DNA of 64,000 bases from Candidatus Versatilivorator sp. (GTDB lineage: Bacteria; Acidobacteriota; Terriglobia; Versatilivoradales; Versatilivoraceae): assembly GCA_965207735.1 (NCBI GenBank), contig OZ242296.1:2784001-2848000 (forward strand), read 5' to 3'. The translations under genes were made by a program, and so were the position numbers. This document shows positions 1-11,168 of this stretch, in pieces; the first letter of the stretch is position 1; each line of letters begins with the position of its first letter. Below the pieces are notes generated by a model, which did no database searches, was not told the origin of the DNA, and worked only from the letters and a program-made list of their open reading frames with translations.

Positions 1-189
1 AACACCTTGATTTGCGGGTTGTGCGCTCGCATCGGGACTTGCGGCGGGATCTCGGTTCGTCTTGGTGAACGAATGGGTGAGCATCAGCGCCCCACCGAGC
101 ACGGCAATGGTGCCGACGCCGATTCGGGTCATCAGGCTGCCGGGGAGGGCTCCGGCCGGCTTAGAGTGTATTCGTTTCCACTGAATCAT
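1..189 (-). CDS. N-terminus of a membrane-anchored T4SS protein, probably VirB10/TrbI-like (runs off window edge)
   Basis: ATG at 189, 8 bp after the virB9 stop; MIQWKRIHSKPAGALPGSLMTRIGVGTIAVLGGALML has one TM segment; identity inferred only from gene order. Confidence 0.5.
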   Translation of the reverse strand, partial: MIQWKRIHSKPAGALPGSLMTRIGVGTIAVLGGALMLTHSFTKTNRDPAASPDASAQPANQGV

Positions 190-197
190 GGTTCTTG

Positions 198-1058
198 CTA
201 CGGCTGTAGTCCCGCATCCACAAACCGCCACTTGGCTCTATTCTTCCCTATGGCAAGCCAGCCATCACCCAAGACGTGCCGTACCACATAGAGTCCATCT
301 TGGCTGAGGTCGTAGGACACCAAGCTGGGCGATCCATCCTTTAACTCGTATAGCGCCGGGGCTTCCTGTGCCCGACAGCGCAGATAGGTGAATTGACCAT
401 CGTGCCAAAGGGCCTCTACCAGGAACGGCCGCTCAAATGCCCGCTTCTCGAGACGGTACGGCCACTTCAAGCGAGCCGGATAGGCAGAGCGAAATTGGTC
501 GATTGTCTTGGTTGCCTCTTGCTTTGCCTCGTTAACCCGGGCTTCCGCATGAGTCTTGGCGGCCAGCGCGGCCTCGTTTGCTTGCCGAGCCGCGTGCTGG
601 TATCCCTCTACCATGTTGCGGGAAACGAACGCCGGCTTGTGCGGCGACTCGGCAGCACGGCCGGCCCCACCTGCGATTCTTTCGATTCGAACCACGAGGT
701 GAGGAGACTCGGCGCCTTCGCTCGCCAGAAAGGCGTATATCCGACCGCTGGCGCAAACCAGCGTCACGTTGGTGCGCACACCTGTAGCGATGGGTTTGAG
801 GTAGGCCAGGTTGGCGGCCCCGCTAAGGTGCCAATAGTCGGAGTCGCCGACCACGAAGTCCAGGATGTTCTCCGTCTTCGGGAGAACCAGCACGGTCGTA
901 TGTCGAATCTTGGCCCGGATCTCGATAATCTGATCCTGCCGTTCCTTGATTCGAAGCACGCCACTTGCGGTGGCGACGCCTGACAGCAACGTCCAGCAGA
1001 CCACCACGAACGCGACGGTTGGAGCCGTGACTCTCCTGGGAAGCCTTGCATTCACCAT
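198..1058 (-). CDS. virB9: VirB9/TrbG-family type IV secretion protein
   Basis: Signal peptide; C-terminal WHDGQFTYL...EAPALYE motif typical of VirB9/CagX; overlaps the virB4 stop. Confidence 0.8.
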   Translation of the reverse strand: MVNARLPRRVTAPTVAFVVVCWTLLSGVATASGVLRIKERQDQIIEIRAKIRHTTVLVLPKTENILDFVVGDSDYWHLSGAANLAYLKPIATGVRTNVTLVCASGRIYAFLASEGAESPHLVVRIERIAGGAGRAAESPHKPAFVSRNMVEGYQHAARQANEAALAAKTHAEARVNEAKQEATKTIDQFRSAYPARLKWPYRLEKRAFERPFLVEALWHDGQFTYLRCRAQEAPALYELKDGSPSLVSYDLSQDGLYVVRHVLGDGWLAIGKNRAKWRFVDAGLQP

Positions 1059-1918
1059 GCCACCCCCTCGGACAACCGTTCAATGCCCTGTTCCAACCCG
1101 AATCGCTTGATGAATTCTCCCCGCTTTTCCGCATCCGGCGGCGAGGAGGTATAGAGCCAATAGCTCTTTGGATCCACGTTTAGCCGCAGCACTCCGGTTG
1201 ATTTGGGGCGCCTCAGGTAGAGCTCCCTCTTGGGAACCAGTTCTCTGATGAGTTCAAGCTCCCGTTCATTGAGCCGAAACACCTGGCCGGCCTGAGACGG
1301 CAAATCCGGGTTGGCCAGAAATATCTTGGTCGGCATGGACTCCAGCAGTGCTTCGGCGCCTGCCGTTCCGGTGATATCCACTGCCGACTGGGTGGCCATG
1401 ACCAGGGCCGCATTGCGCTTGCGCCAGGTTTTTGCAGATTCGGCCAAATAAGCCACAACGGCGGGGTCGCGCAGATAACGCCAGGCCTCGTCCACTACCA
1501 TGAGCTTCACCCGGGCGATGTCGGCGGGGTCTTCCAGCTCCAGGCGCAGGCGCTCCAGCAGGTAGAACAGGGCTGCTTCGCAGAGGTCTTCATGTTCCGC
1601 CGCTCCGGCCAGATCGATGACCTGCCAGTCTTTCAGATCGAGATCCGCCCCGGCGGCGGAGTGGTCGAAATAGCCCGCCCAAGCTCCATCGCCGTGCCAG
1701 CGCGACATTGCCGGCCACATCTTGCTGGGAAGGGCTCGCACCAGGGCGCCTAATGTGCGCCGTTCCGGAGAAAACAGATAGAGGTCCTGGATGCGGCTGC
1801 GAATTTCGTTGGTATCGTCACCTTCCACCGTCCACCCGCCCAGTCGCAACAGGCGAACCATCCAACCCGTGAGGAATTGATAGGTCCGCTCGGTGGGAGG
1901 CAGGGAAAACGGCCTTAG
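1052..1918 (-). pseudogene. virB4: VirB4 ATPase, C-terminal fragment (cut by IS1380)
   Basis: Walker B VVDEAW and RKRNAALVMATQS; rejoins in frame with the upstream fragment (DFQL|RPFSLPP) when the IS and one TTAG are removed. Confidence 0.9.
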
Positions 1919-3616
1919 CCCGCATTTCTCACCAGAGTTCGCACAGGAGCGGTAAAAGGGGCCATGGAGGCATTTGAGGCCGAGTTTAACAACGTTGGTG
2001 GCTGGATCGGTAGGCAAAGGCCAACAGCGGAGGCTTCTGAGGCTCTCCGAGGAACCTCAGGCGGCATTTTCCCTCGAAAACAGCGACACCTCTGCCATCG
2101 GGCCTGGTGGCCGCGTCTTCAAGGGCCAGGAGTGACGGTCGGGTCAGGGCACCTCAGGGCGGCAGGTGAGCCCAAGCGATGCGGAACTCCCTCTGGTAAG
2201 GACATCCGGAAGCCATGGCGACCTTGATGCGACGGACCGAGATGGTGACCTGAGCGCCGATCTTGAGCAGTTTGAGTCTGATGGAACCGACGGTGGCCCG
2301 GGCCAGGCAGGTGGATTGCAGCGCCCGCCGGCGCAAGCCCTCCACCAGCACATAGGCGAAAGAGGTCATCAGGAGCCGGAGCTGATTCGCCCGGAAGGAG
2401 TGGGTGGAGGTGCGATCGGCAAACAGGTCGAGTTGCTGCTCCTTGATGCGGTTTTCCATCTCACCGCGGGCACAGTAGATCTTCTCATAGAGGAACTGGG
2501 CGGGGTAGTCCTGGACCGACAGAGAGGTGACGACGAAGCGGGGGTTGGGGCCGCGGGGCAGGACCTCGGCTTTGGCGACCAGGCGGCGCTCGTGGGACCA
2601 GCTCTTGTGAGTGCGGTAGGAGAGGTCGGTGAAGATCCGGGCGGGCTGCTGTTGCTGGTCTGAGAGGGCCTGGGCCTGAGCCAACTCGGGGGCGATGGCG
2701 TCTTGGAGGCGGGAGTTGCGGGCCAGGCCGAAGAGATAGTCGACCTGATGCTGCTCACACCACCCCATCAGCTCCTCACGGGCAAAGCCGGAGTCGGCCC
2801 GCAGCAGGATCTTGACCTGAGGCCAGACACGCCGTAGGCGGGAGACGATGCGCTGGACCTGCTCCAGAGCGCCGGCGGAGGCATCGATGTTGGCGGGTCT
2901 GAGCAGGGCCGAGAGCAGATGGCGGCCCGAGAAGATGTAGAGGGGCAGGTAGCAGTAGCCTCGGTAGTAGCCGTGGAAGAAGCGGTCCTCTTGTTCCCCG
3001 TGGAGGGGATCGTCAGTGGCGTCGAGGTCGAGGATGATCTCATCGGGGGGTTGGGGATGGGCTTGCAGAAACAGTTTCACCAGGAGGGCTTGCAAGGCCT
3101 CGGGGTCGTGGTCAATCTTGTGGTAGCGGGTGGGGCCTTGGGTGGGGGCGTGTTCGAGTCGGTTGAGGGTGCTCTTGCCTGCCAGGGGAGGCGAGTCGCC
3201 ACGACGGCCTTTCTCTGAAAACAAGGCCATGAGGGGATCGTGACGGAGTTGGTCGTGGTCGATGAGATCCTCGTAGCCGAGGGCGATGCCACGGATGCGC
3301 TGAGCGATGAGGGTGCGCAGGCTGTATTGGGTCCGCTTGGGGTCGCGGTGATCGGTGAAACAGTCGGCCACCTGGTCGGAGAGAGATAAGCCCCGATCCA
3401 CCCGGCGCAACAGCAGGGAGCCGGCATCGGAAGTGATGGGACCGCCGTCGAAATCAGCCACCACGCGGCGGCGGCCGTGGGGTTCAAACTCCAGGGGTTT
3501 GGTGTTACACTGTGTCGGCATCGGTTCTCCTTTAAGAATCTGGTTAACTCCTTAGACAAGAGTATTTTACCAGATTCCGAGAACCGATGCTTCCTACCTC
3601 TGGTGAGAAATGCGGG
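1919..3616 (-). mobile_element. IS1380-family insertion sequence
   Basis: 19-bp inverted repeats CCCGCATTTCTCACCAGAG at 1919-1937 and 3598-3616; TTAG duplicated at 1915-1918 and 3617-3620. Confidence 0.95.
2154..3521 (-). CDS. IS1380-family DDE transposase
   Basis: FDGGPITSDAG, LDLDATDDPLHG, LRADSGF and RGEMENRIKE motifs. Confidence 0.95.
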   Translation of the reverse strand: MPTQCNTKPLEFEPHGRRRVVADFDGGPITSDAGSLLLRRVDRGLSLSDQVADCFTDHRDPKRTQYSLRTLIAQRIRGIALGYEDLIDHDQLRHDPLMALFSEKGRRGDSPPLAGKSTLNRLEHAPTQGPTRYHKIDHDPEALQALLVKLFLQAHPQPPDEIILDLDATDDPLHGEQEDRFFHGYYRGYCYLPLYIFSGRHLLSALLRPANIDASAGALEQVQRIVSRLRRVWPQVKILLRADSGFAREELMGWCEQHQVDYLFGLARNSRLQDAIAPELAQAQALSDQQQQPARIFTDLSYRTHKSWSHERRLVAKAEVLPRGPNPRFVVTSLSVQDYPAQFLYEKIYCARGEMENRIKEQQLDLFADRTSTHSFRANQLRLLMTSFAYVLVEGLRRRALQSTCLARATVGSIRLKLLKIGAQVTISVRRIKVAMASGCPYQREFRIAWAHLPP

Positions 3617-5183
3617 TTAGCTGAAAGTCAGGATTAAGCGCTCCGGAGGGAGCCATCTCCAGGTAGCTTCCCCCCAGGAAGGCCGTAAGCCAACGGTAGG
3701 ACCCACCCAGGTCGAGTATCAAGACCCTGGGATGGTACTGAAGCGCCGAGACCAGCAGGAAGTTCAGAAGGAACGACTTGCCGCTTCCGGTCGCCCCGAG
3801 CACCAGCGTGTGACCCACGTCACCGGCAAAGAGGTCAAAGTGATAGGGGGTATTCCAACGGGTTTCGAGAACCGCCAGCGCCGGGCGTTGCAGGTGCCTG
3901 CTGGTCGAGAGTCCGACGGGAGGGCCGAAGACGGGAGCCAGACAGGCGGCCAGACCGGCGGAGCTGAACAGGGTGCGAACCTGACGCTTCCTGGGCTGAG
4001 CCGGCCAGCGGCAGAACCAGGCGGGCAGCTGTCCGTACCCCTCCCGGATGACTTTGGCGTCGTGGGATGAGAAGATTCGCCGCACATCGCCGTCCAGGAG
4101 TTCGATTTTCTCCAGGTCTCCGTGCAGCGCAATACAGAGCGCCATTTCGCCATAGGCAATCCCGTCGGCTTCGAGCTCTACCAGCGCTTCGCCGAGCCGC
4201 TCGGATTCGACGTCGGCGGCCGAGTCGACCATGGCCGTATCCGTTCCCTCTTTCTCCTGCATGTGAGCTGCCAGGGAGTAGCGCTTGGCGAAATAGTGCC
4301 GGCGGGCCGATCGAATTCTTTTGCGAGCCTGGTCCAACTCGAGGGGCCTCCATTCCAGGGAGGCCGTCAGAGTGGCGTCCAGGCAGTAGAGATCGTTGAG
4401 CAGATTGGCCGAGGCTTCGCCGGGAGGGGACAGCAGGGAGTAGAGAATGACCGGCTCGCCATCCAGGCGCAGATGGCGGCGTTCCGCCTCCAGTTCGGAA
4501 AGGGCCAAACGCCAATTCAGCCCGCTTCCGGTTGCCCCGTCCCAGGGGATACCGGGACGGTTGATCAACTCGCTCAACAGGCGCGATCCGGCCTCGGGAG
4601 GCAGCAGCTCAATGGGAGTGAGATCGTTCACCAGCGCCCGATGGGCTTGAACGAGCTGACGAAATCGATCGGCAGCGGTTTGAATGGAGGAATAGAGGTA
4701 GGCCGATTCAGGGGTTCTCCCCCGGCGAGCCAGCCAACTGCGGGCGTAGGACATCCAGCCGAAATCCCGATTGGCGGCAGACCTCAACTGCGGGTCATGG
4801 CACCATACCAGGAAGGTCTGCATCTCCCGGACTCGACTCGCCAGGAACAGGCGTCTCTGATGCTGGGAAAGCTTGCCGATGTCGCTGCCGAGCTGCCGGG
4901 TCTCTTTCAACCGACTGGGCCGGCGAAGGAGATAGAAGTAAAGCCGGGTACGCGGACCCACGTCGGAAAGCAACCGCTGCCAGCGGTCCAGTACCCGATC
5001 CAACTGCTCGGGCCGTCGTCCGTCGATTTCCATGGGCGCCAACCGGCCAACGGTCAGAAGCTCACCGGCGCGCGTGAGGCAGGTTTGCGCGTCCGGCAGC
5101 CACCCCCAATAGGGGATCTCTTCGGCGAGCGCTCCCGATCTGTCGTAGTCCCAGGTTTCAGCACTCATGTTCATCGAGGTCAC
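3617..5183 (-). pseudogene. virB4: VirB4 ATPase, N-terminal fragment
   Basis: GHTLVLGATGSGKS Walker A and LDLGGSY; the ORF stops a few codons inside the IS end. Confidence 0.9.
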
Positions 5184-5477
5184 CTACCGGAGATCCAGAT
5201 ACCAGGGCGATTCGGTCCACTTGCCGGGGTCATACCGCACTTTGAACCGGGCTGCTTCCCGCAACAGGCTCAGCATATTGGGATCCTGCTTCCAGGCCAG
5301 CCGGCCGCTGGCAAGCAGCAATGCCAGGACGAAGACCGCCGCCAGAAGGGAGTCACTGGCATTCCAAAGCGCCACTGCCAGCGTGGCGCTCAAGAGAAAC
5401 CAGCGCCGTTCCACACCCAGAATCATCAGCGGCCGGCTCAACACCGGATAACCGTTCCATCGACGTTTTCCAGTCAT
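5184..5477 (-). CDS. virB3: VirB3/TrbD-family membrane protein
   Basis: LSRPLMILGVER motif, two hydrophobic segments, KQDP; lies between pilin and virB4. Confidence 0.8.
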   Translation of the reverse strand: MTGKRRWNGYPVLSRPLMILGVERRWFLLSATLAVALWNASDSLLAAVFVLALLLASGRLAWKQDPNMLSLLREAARFKVRYDPGKWTESPWYLDLR

Positions 5478-5484
5478 TTCGCGG

Positions 5485-5811
5485 TCACACCCCGAACAGC
5501 CATTTCATGAAGTTGGCAGCCCCCAGTGCCATGCCCAGCCCGAAAATGGTGCCGGCCATGGCTCGCTTGGATCCGCCTTCACCGTAAGCGAACATCAGGC
5601 CTCCAACCACAATGGCGATGAGTGACAACCCCTTCGCCAACGGCCCTGTAAACGTTTTTGCCAGCTCGTCGACAGCCATGACCCACGGGCTTGTTCCGGT
5701 CCCTTGAGCCAGCAGGACACTCTCTTGAAGCAGTAGCAGCAGCGTTGGGAGCCCCCGGCGAAAAGGGGCGCAATTGGACACAACACGGCACACACCGGAG
5801 ACAGTCGGCAT
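5485..5811 (-). CDS. virB2: VirB2/TrbC-family pilin
   Basis: SPW...FTGPLAKGLSLIAIVVGGLMFAYGEGG, two TM helices, leader peptide. Confidence 0.85.
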   Translation of the reverse strand: MPTVSGVCRVVSNCAPFRRGLPTLLLLLQESVLLAQGTGTSPWVMAVDELAKTFTGPLAKGLSLIAIVVGGLMFAYGEGGSKRAMAGTIFGLGMALGAANFMKWLFGV

Positions 5812-6045
5812 AACGACCTCCGCCGTTCTCTTTCGGCAAGATCTGGTTTGGAAACTGTAGATTGCTGCTCGGAGGGAGTGAGTGGAACTTACAATGACTC
5901 TCTACGGGATTGCAACCAAAATTTTCGGGCCGGCCCTTCTTTGCCTAACCCATCGTTATCAAGGCTTCCGACTTCACGTTTATCTTCAACACGTTACAAA
6001 ACAAGGAACGCGCAAGTGGCACTACAAGCGCGCTGAAGCCCGGGC

Positions 6046-7395
6046 TTACCCGGTCCCCAGGCCGGTTCCGGTCAGGCTGCCTGTGCCCAAACGACCATCG
6101 GTGATCCGGAACAGGTCCGGGAACCTGGATTTCCAGGGCCGGTTGGCGGTGGGAATGTACTGGCGGCTGTTGGCCTCGATGGCATGGACCCCGGGCAGGT
6201 GGGCGGCCAGGCCGGCGGAGTGGACCAGGGACAGTCCCGGGCAGGTGAGGTCCTGAACGCAGAGGTAGGCGCCATACTTCTGGGCGGCCGCGGCCAGCAG
6301 CAGGGACTGGGACTGTCCCTTGCAGGTCTTCAGAGCCACGCCGCTGTAGCCGACCTGGCGGGCAAGCCGCAGGGATTCCAGATCCACCAGGGCCTCGTCG
6401 GCCACCAGTGGAACCCGCCGAGCTGCCCGGTGGAGAAGGATCCTGGGAGGTCCGGCCAGATTGCGGGAGGTCGGCTGTTCGACGTACTGCAGCCGGGAGC
6501 GCACCGACGGCGCCCGCCGCTGGATCTCTCCCAGAAAGTCCATCAGGTAGTCCACGTCCTTGCAACCCTCATTGAAGTCCAGGGAATACTTCCATTCCCG
6601 GACGCCCCGCTTTTTCTGGCCGGCGCTCACCACGCGCTCGATATCCACCATCCGCTCCACGTCCAGGCGGAGGTCGGCCCCGTTCAACTTCACCTTGAAG
6701 TGGGTCAGGCCCTCGGCCGCAATCCATTCCGCCAGGGTTTGCGGCAGGCCGTCTTCCAGGGCCGGGGCGCCCTCCAGGGCATCCAGGGGGTCGGAGGCAC
6801 CCACCGAGTGGTAGAGGTGCAGGTAGGGGGCCGGGCCTCTCCGCAGGTAGCGGTCCAGCCATTCGCCCTTGAAGTCTTCTCCCAGGTAGTGGCTGAGGTC
6901 CCGTTTCATGAACTCGGGGCCGTAGGCGTGGTATGTGTTCACCCCGTTGACTTTCCCGAAGGCGTCGTGGACGGCCAGGTCGAAGGCGCTCGCCACCACC
7001 AGGGCGCAGAGCTTGGGAATGGGTTCGGCCAACCCATTCTCGGCGCTGACCCGGACGGCTGCCTCCAGGTAGAGCGGCTCCAGGCCGCGGTAAAGGTCGA
7101 TGGGATGGGCCCGTTGGGGATGCCGGCCGGTGATGGAGGCGATCCGTTCCGCCAGCACTCGCATCGCCCGTAGAGACTGATCGTGGGTGACCCGGGAGGA
7201 GGGAAAGGCCCAGGCGTTGCCCAACGGCATCGAGCCCGTCCCCCGGGCCTGCCGGCCGCTCCCGTTCCCGACCAGGACGGAGACATTCAAGAGGGTCAGA
7301 TGGGTGATGGTTCGGCCGCCGAACTGGTAAGGCATGCGCAGTCTGAAGTCCTCGAAGTCGTGACCGACCTCCAGGATGCGAATGAGGTGGTTCAT
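6046..7395 (-). CDS. Mandelate racemase/muconate lactonizing enzyme (enolase superfamily) protein
   Basis: FKVKL, LDFNE, YVEQP and VADE metal-ligand spacing; ALKTCKG. Confidence 0.8.
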   Translation of the reverse strand: MNHLIRILEVGHDFEDFRLRMPYQFGGRTITHLTLLNVSVLVGNGSGRQARGTGSMPLGNAWAFPSSRVTHDQSLRAMRVLAERIASITGRHPQRAHPIDLYRGLEPLYLEAAVRVSAENGLAEPIPKLCALVVASAFDLAVHDAFGKVNGVNTYHAYGPEFMKRDLSHYLGEDFKGEWLDRYLRRGPAPYLHLYHSVGASDPLDALEGAPALEDGLPQTLAEWIAAEGLTHFKVKLNGADLRLDVERMVDIERVVSAGQKKRGVREWKYSLDFNEGCKDVDYLMDFLGEIQRRAPSVRSRLQYVEQPTSRNLAGPPRILLHRAARRVPLVADEALVDLESLRLARQVGYSGVALKTCKGQSQSLLLAAAAQKYGAYLCVQDLTCPGLSLVHSAGLAAHLPGVHAIEANSRQYIPTANRPWKSRFPDLFRITDGRLGTGSLTGTGLGTG

Positions 7396-7481
7396 GCCAA
7401 ATCTCCGTGTGGCCTGGGCCGTGTACCGCCAAATCGTTGGGATTTGAAGGCCACTGTTCCCGCTGTCGGACGCATGGGGCC

Positions 7482-8348
7482 TCAGGAGAGAGCCAGGTCG
7501 CGATGCAGCACCTTGGCGGCGTAGCCCTTCAGGTTCAGCATCCCGCCAATCTGGTTGGCGATGGCCACCGAACGGTGCCGGCCGCCGGTGCAGCCGAATG
7601 CGATCGTCAGGTAGCTCTTGCCCTCTATGGCGTAGTTGGGAATCAGAAACAGGAACAGATCCTCCAGGCGGCGGAGAAACTGCCGGGTCTGATCGAACGA
7701 TTGAACGTAGGCGGCCACGGCAGGATCGTTGCCGTTCTTGGACTTGAGATGGGGCACGAAGTTGGGATTGGGCAGGAAACGGACGTCGAAGACCAGGTCG
7801 GCCTCGGCGGGCAGGCCGTGCTTGAATCCGAAGCTGACCAGTGAAATGAGGAGAGCCGTGGAATCCCGCTCCTGGAATTTGTCGACGATGAATCGTCTCA
7901 GTTCGTGAACGTTGAAGGGGCTGGTGTCAATGACCTGGTCGGCCAGCTTCCTGAGGGGGGCCAGGCGGCGTCTCTCCTCGGCCAGGGCGGTGGCAATGGG
8001 CTCGTCGCCCTTGAGCGGATGCGGCCGGCGGGTCTCGCTGTAACGACGGATCAGGGAGCCGGAGGTGGCCTCCAGATAGACCAGGGTGATGGCCAGGGGC
8101 GTCTTCTTCAGGGCTTGGAAGAGATCGGGGAACCTGGCCAACTCGGCGCCCTCGCGCACGTCGATGACGATGGCGGCGCGTTTGATCTGAGCCCGGGCCT
8201 GGTTGCAGAGCTCCGCGAATTTTGGAATCAGTTCCAGGGGGAGATTGTCGACGCAGAAATACCCCATGTCCTCAAAGGCTTTCAGGACCGTGTCTTTGCC
8301 GGACCCGCTCAGACCCGTGATGATGACAAAGGGATTTCCGGGTTCCAT
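7482..8348 (-). CDS. rapZ: RNase adapter RapZ (YvcJ family)
   Basis: ITGLSGSGK, CVDNLP, SFGFKHG, DVRFLPNP, GCTGGRHRSV. Confidence 0.95.
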   Translation of the reverse strand: MEPGNPFVIITGLSGSGKDTVLKAFEDMGYFCVDNLPLELIPKFAELCNQARAQIKRAAIVIDVREGAELARFPDLFQALKKTPLAITLVYLEATSGSLIRRYSETRRPHPLKGDEPIATALAEERRRLAPLRKLADQVIDTSPFNVHELRRFIVDKFQERDSTALLISLVSFGFKHGLPAEADLVFDVRFLPNPNFVPHLKSKNGNDPAVAAYVQSFDQTRQFLRRLEDLFLFLIPNYAIEGKSYLTIAFGCTGGRHRSVAIANQIGGMLNLKGYAAKVLHRDLALS

Positions 8349-8373
8349 TTAGCAACCTGGTGCGATATGCGGG

Positions 8374-8910
8374 CTAGGGTTCGATCAGCCCGAAGTTGCC
8401 GTCCTTGCGTTTGTAGACGACACTGACTTTCTCGGACTCGGCGTTTCGGAAAACCAGAAAATTGCCGTCGGCGCCATTGACTTCCTGGACGGCCTCCTCG
8501 ACGGTCATGGGCTTGGCGGCGAAGGATGTCGACTTGATGACACGCGGGGCTCCCGACGGGGACCGTTTCGTAGAACTGGGGGAATTGGAGGGCAGACGGG
8601 AGGCGGGGTGGCCGGGGTGGCGCTTTCTTGTAATTTTCTTTCCCTTGTGCTTCAAGGCTTGGCGCTCGGCCTTTTCCAGAACGGCGTTGATGGAGGCGTA
8701 CATGTCGTTGGTCTCTTCAAGTCCGTTGATATCCAGGGACCTGGTGTGCAAATGGATCTCGGCGATCTGCCGGTGCTTTTGAACCGTCAGCGTCATGTGA
8801 ACGTGGATGGCTTCACCCAGAATCTTGCGGATCTTCTTGAGGTGCCCCTCGGTGAAATCCCGAAGGGCCGACGTGACTTCGATGTTTCGCCCAGTGTATG
8901 CCACCCGCAT
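8374..8910 (-). CDS. hpf: Ribosome hibernation promoting factor (long HPF)
   Basis: GRNIEVTSALR, DMYASI, KPMTVEEAV, YKRKDGNFGLIEP; downstream of rpoN. Confidence 0.95.
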   Translation of the reverse strand: MRVAYTGRNIEVTSALRDFTEGHLKKIRKILGEAIHVHMTLTVQKHRQIAEIHLHTRSLDINGLEETNDMYASINAVLEKAERQALKHKGKKITRKRHPGHPASRLPSNSPSSTKRSPSGAPRVIKSTSFAAKPMTVEEAVQEVNGADGNFLVFRNAESEKVSVVYKRKDGNFGLIEP

Positions 8911-8931
8911 CGGGTCCTCCCTGGTAACCAG

Positions 8932-10440
8932 TCACTTATTTGCCTGTGCCGACTTGGGACTGGAGAGCAATTTCGTTCTGACGCGGCGCTGATGAGTGCT
9001 CAGGATCTTGAGGTCTTCGCGGTACTTGGCCACGGTTCGCCGAGTGACCATGATGCCTTCAGCGTTCAGCCTTCGCGTGATCCGCTCATCGGTCAAGGGC
9101 CTGGTCGGATCTTCTTCCTGAATGAGCCGCTTGACTCTGCGCCTGGCGGTGGTCAGCGGAATGAGGGTCCCGGCAGGTCCCTGGACTCCTTCGGAAAAGA
9201 AAAAACGCAGCTCGTAGACCCCCTGAGGAGTTTGGGCGTACTTGTCGGCCACCGCCCGGCTGACCGTCGACGGATGAACCCCCACCTCCTCGGCGACTTC
9301 CTTGATCATCATGGGCCTCAAGTGGTCGAGGCCGCGGTCCAGAAAATCGGTTTGCCGGAGCACGATGGACTCGCAGACACGAATGATGGTCCGCTTGCGC
9401 TGTTTGACGTTCCTGATGAAGCGAAGGGCCGAGGAATAGCGCTCTCTTACATATTCCAGACCTTCCTTGGAAACGCCGCCCCGGCTAATCAGTCTCCGGT
9501 AGCGTCCAGACACCCGCAACCGAGGCAGGTCGTCCTCGTTGACGGTCACCGAATAGCCGCTCTCACCCTTGACGATGAACACGTCCGGCTCGACGACTCG
9601 GGTTTCCGGCTTGTTGTAGCGCTGGCCCGGCCGTGGGTCCAGATCCTTGATGATCCCGATCTGGGACAGAACCAGCTCAAGCGGCTTGTCCAAGGCACGG
9701 GCGATTTCCGCGTAGTGCTTGTTTTGCAGCTGCTTCAAGTGATTCCTGACGATCCGAATGGCGGTGGACTGATCCCCGGGCAGGTGTTTCAACTGAATCA
9801 GCAGGCATTCCTGCACGTCTCGCGCGCCAACCCCTGCCGGATCGAAGGTATGGACCAGTTTCAGGGCTTCGCACACCTCCTCGGCGGCATGGTTGCCGGT
9901 AGCGGCAATTTCATCGAGGTCCGCCGTCAGAAACCCGTCCTGGTTGAGGTTGCCGACAATGGAAGCGGCCGCGTCGCGGACGGGCTCCGGGGCCACCGAC
10001 AAGCTCAGTTGCCACTGCAGGTGGTCGTAGAGGTCGGTCGGTGCCGCCAGAAAGTTCTCGAAGGCGGGACGCTCGGTGACCTCGCCCGACACCTGGGTAC
10101 GATAGCCGGGATCCAGGTAGTCGTCGAAAAAGCTTCCAAAATCGATCTGTTCAAAGGGATCGGCGGCATCGCCGTTCTGAGAATCGGTGATCTCGATAAT
10201 TTCCTTGTCGGCAGGGTCGGCCGCCCGCTCCTCCGCGGCCGCGCCGTCGTCGTTCGATTCCGTGATCTCGGTGACTTCCTCCAATACGGGGTTTTCCATC
10301 AACTCCTGGGAGATCATTTCGGCAAGTTCGAGCTTGTTGAGCGCCAGAACGCTGACCATCTGAACCAGGCTGGGGGTCAGCACCTGCTTCTGGGTGGGTT
10401 TGAGATTGAGCCGCTGCTCCAGGAAAGCCATGGCTGTCAT
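8932..10440 (-). CDS. rpoN: RNA polymerase sigma-54 factor
   Basis: [22 protein letters not shown] and RpoN box RRTVAKYRE. Confidence 0.97.
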   Translation of the reverse strand: MTAMAFLEQRLNLKPTQKQVLTPSLVQMVSVLALNKLELAEMISQELMENPVLEEVTEITESNDDGAAAEERAADPADKEIIEITDSQNGDAADPFEQIDFGSFFDDYLDPGYRTQVSGEVTERPAFENFLAAPTDLYDHLQWQLSLSVAPEPVRDAAASIVGNLNQDGFLTADLDEIAATGNHAAEEVCEALKLVHTFDPAGVGARDVQECLLIQLKHLPGDQSTAIRIVRNHLKQLQNKHYAEIARALDKPLELVLSQIGIIKDLDPRPGQRYNKPETRVVEPDVFIVKGESGYSVTVNEDDLPRLRVSGRYRRLISRGGVSKEGLEYVRERYSSALRFIRNVKQRKRTIIRVCESIVLRQTDFLDRGLDHLRPMMIKEVAEEVGVHPSTVSRAVADKYAQTPQGVYELRFFFSEGVQGPAGTLIPLTTARRRVKRLIQEEDPTRPLTDERITRRLNAEGIMVTRRTVAKYREDLKILSTHQRRVRTKLLSSPKSAQANK

Positions 10441-11162
10441 TCCAAGCGAAAGTTTTCTCCGAGGTACAATCGCTTCACCTCTTGATTCCGGGCCAGCTCT
10501 CGGGGAGTCCCTGCCTGCAGGATCTTTCCGTCATTGATGATGTAGGCGCGATCCGTCACCTTGAGGATTTCCCGGACGTTGTGGTCGGTTATCAGGACGC
10601 CGATGCCTTTGGCGCGGAGCCGGTTGACGATGCGCTGAATGTCCAGCACCGCAATGGGATCGATTCCGGCAAAGGGCTCGTCCAACAGAATGAACGAGGG
10701 AGAGATGACCAGCGAACGCGCGATCTCGACTCTCCTTCTCTCGCCACCCGAAAGCGCATCCCCGAGGTTCTTGCGCACATGGCTCAATCCCAGCTCTTCA
10801 ATCAGCTCATCCAGCCGTTTCCGCCTTTGAGTCCTGGTGTAGGGAAGCGTTTCCAGGATGGCCAGGATGTTGTCGTCGACCGACAACCTGCGGAAGACGG
10901 AGGGTTCCTGCGGTAGATAGCTGATGCCGTTTCGGGCCCTGAGGTACATGGGCAGATCGGTGATCTCTCTGCCATCCAGGAATACCTGTCCCCGGTCGGC
11001 AGAAGTCAGTCCCACCAGGATATAGAAGGTGGTTGTCTTTCCGGCTCCATTGGGTCCCAGGAGCCCGACAACCTCTCCCTGACCAATCCTGAGCGTGACG
11101 TCGTTCACAACCCGTCTGCCCTTGTAGGACTTGACCAGGTTGGCCGCTTTCAAGACTTGCAT
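10437..11162 (-). CDS. lptB: LPS export ABC transporter ATPase LptB
   Basis: [44 protein letters not shown]. Confidence 0.96.
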   Translation of the reverse strand: MQVLKAANLVKSYKGRRVVNDVTLRIGQGEVVGLLGPNGAGKTTTFYILVGLTSADRGQVFLDGREITDLPMYLRARNGISYLPQEPSVFRRLSVDDNILAILETLPYTRTQRRKRLDELIEELGLSHVRKNLGDALSGGERRRVEIARSLVISPSFILLDEPFAGIDPIAVLDIQRIVNRLRAKGIGVLITDHNVREILKVTDRAYIINDGKILQAGTPRELARNQEVKRLYLGENFRLE

Positions 11163-11168
11163 CCTGGT

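Noticed and set aside
1919-2017. N-terminal 33 codons of ORF 1052..2017 as a real gene start
   Set aside because: They lie inside the IS1380 end; the true upstream part is the virB4 fragment at 3617-5183.
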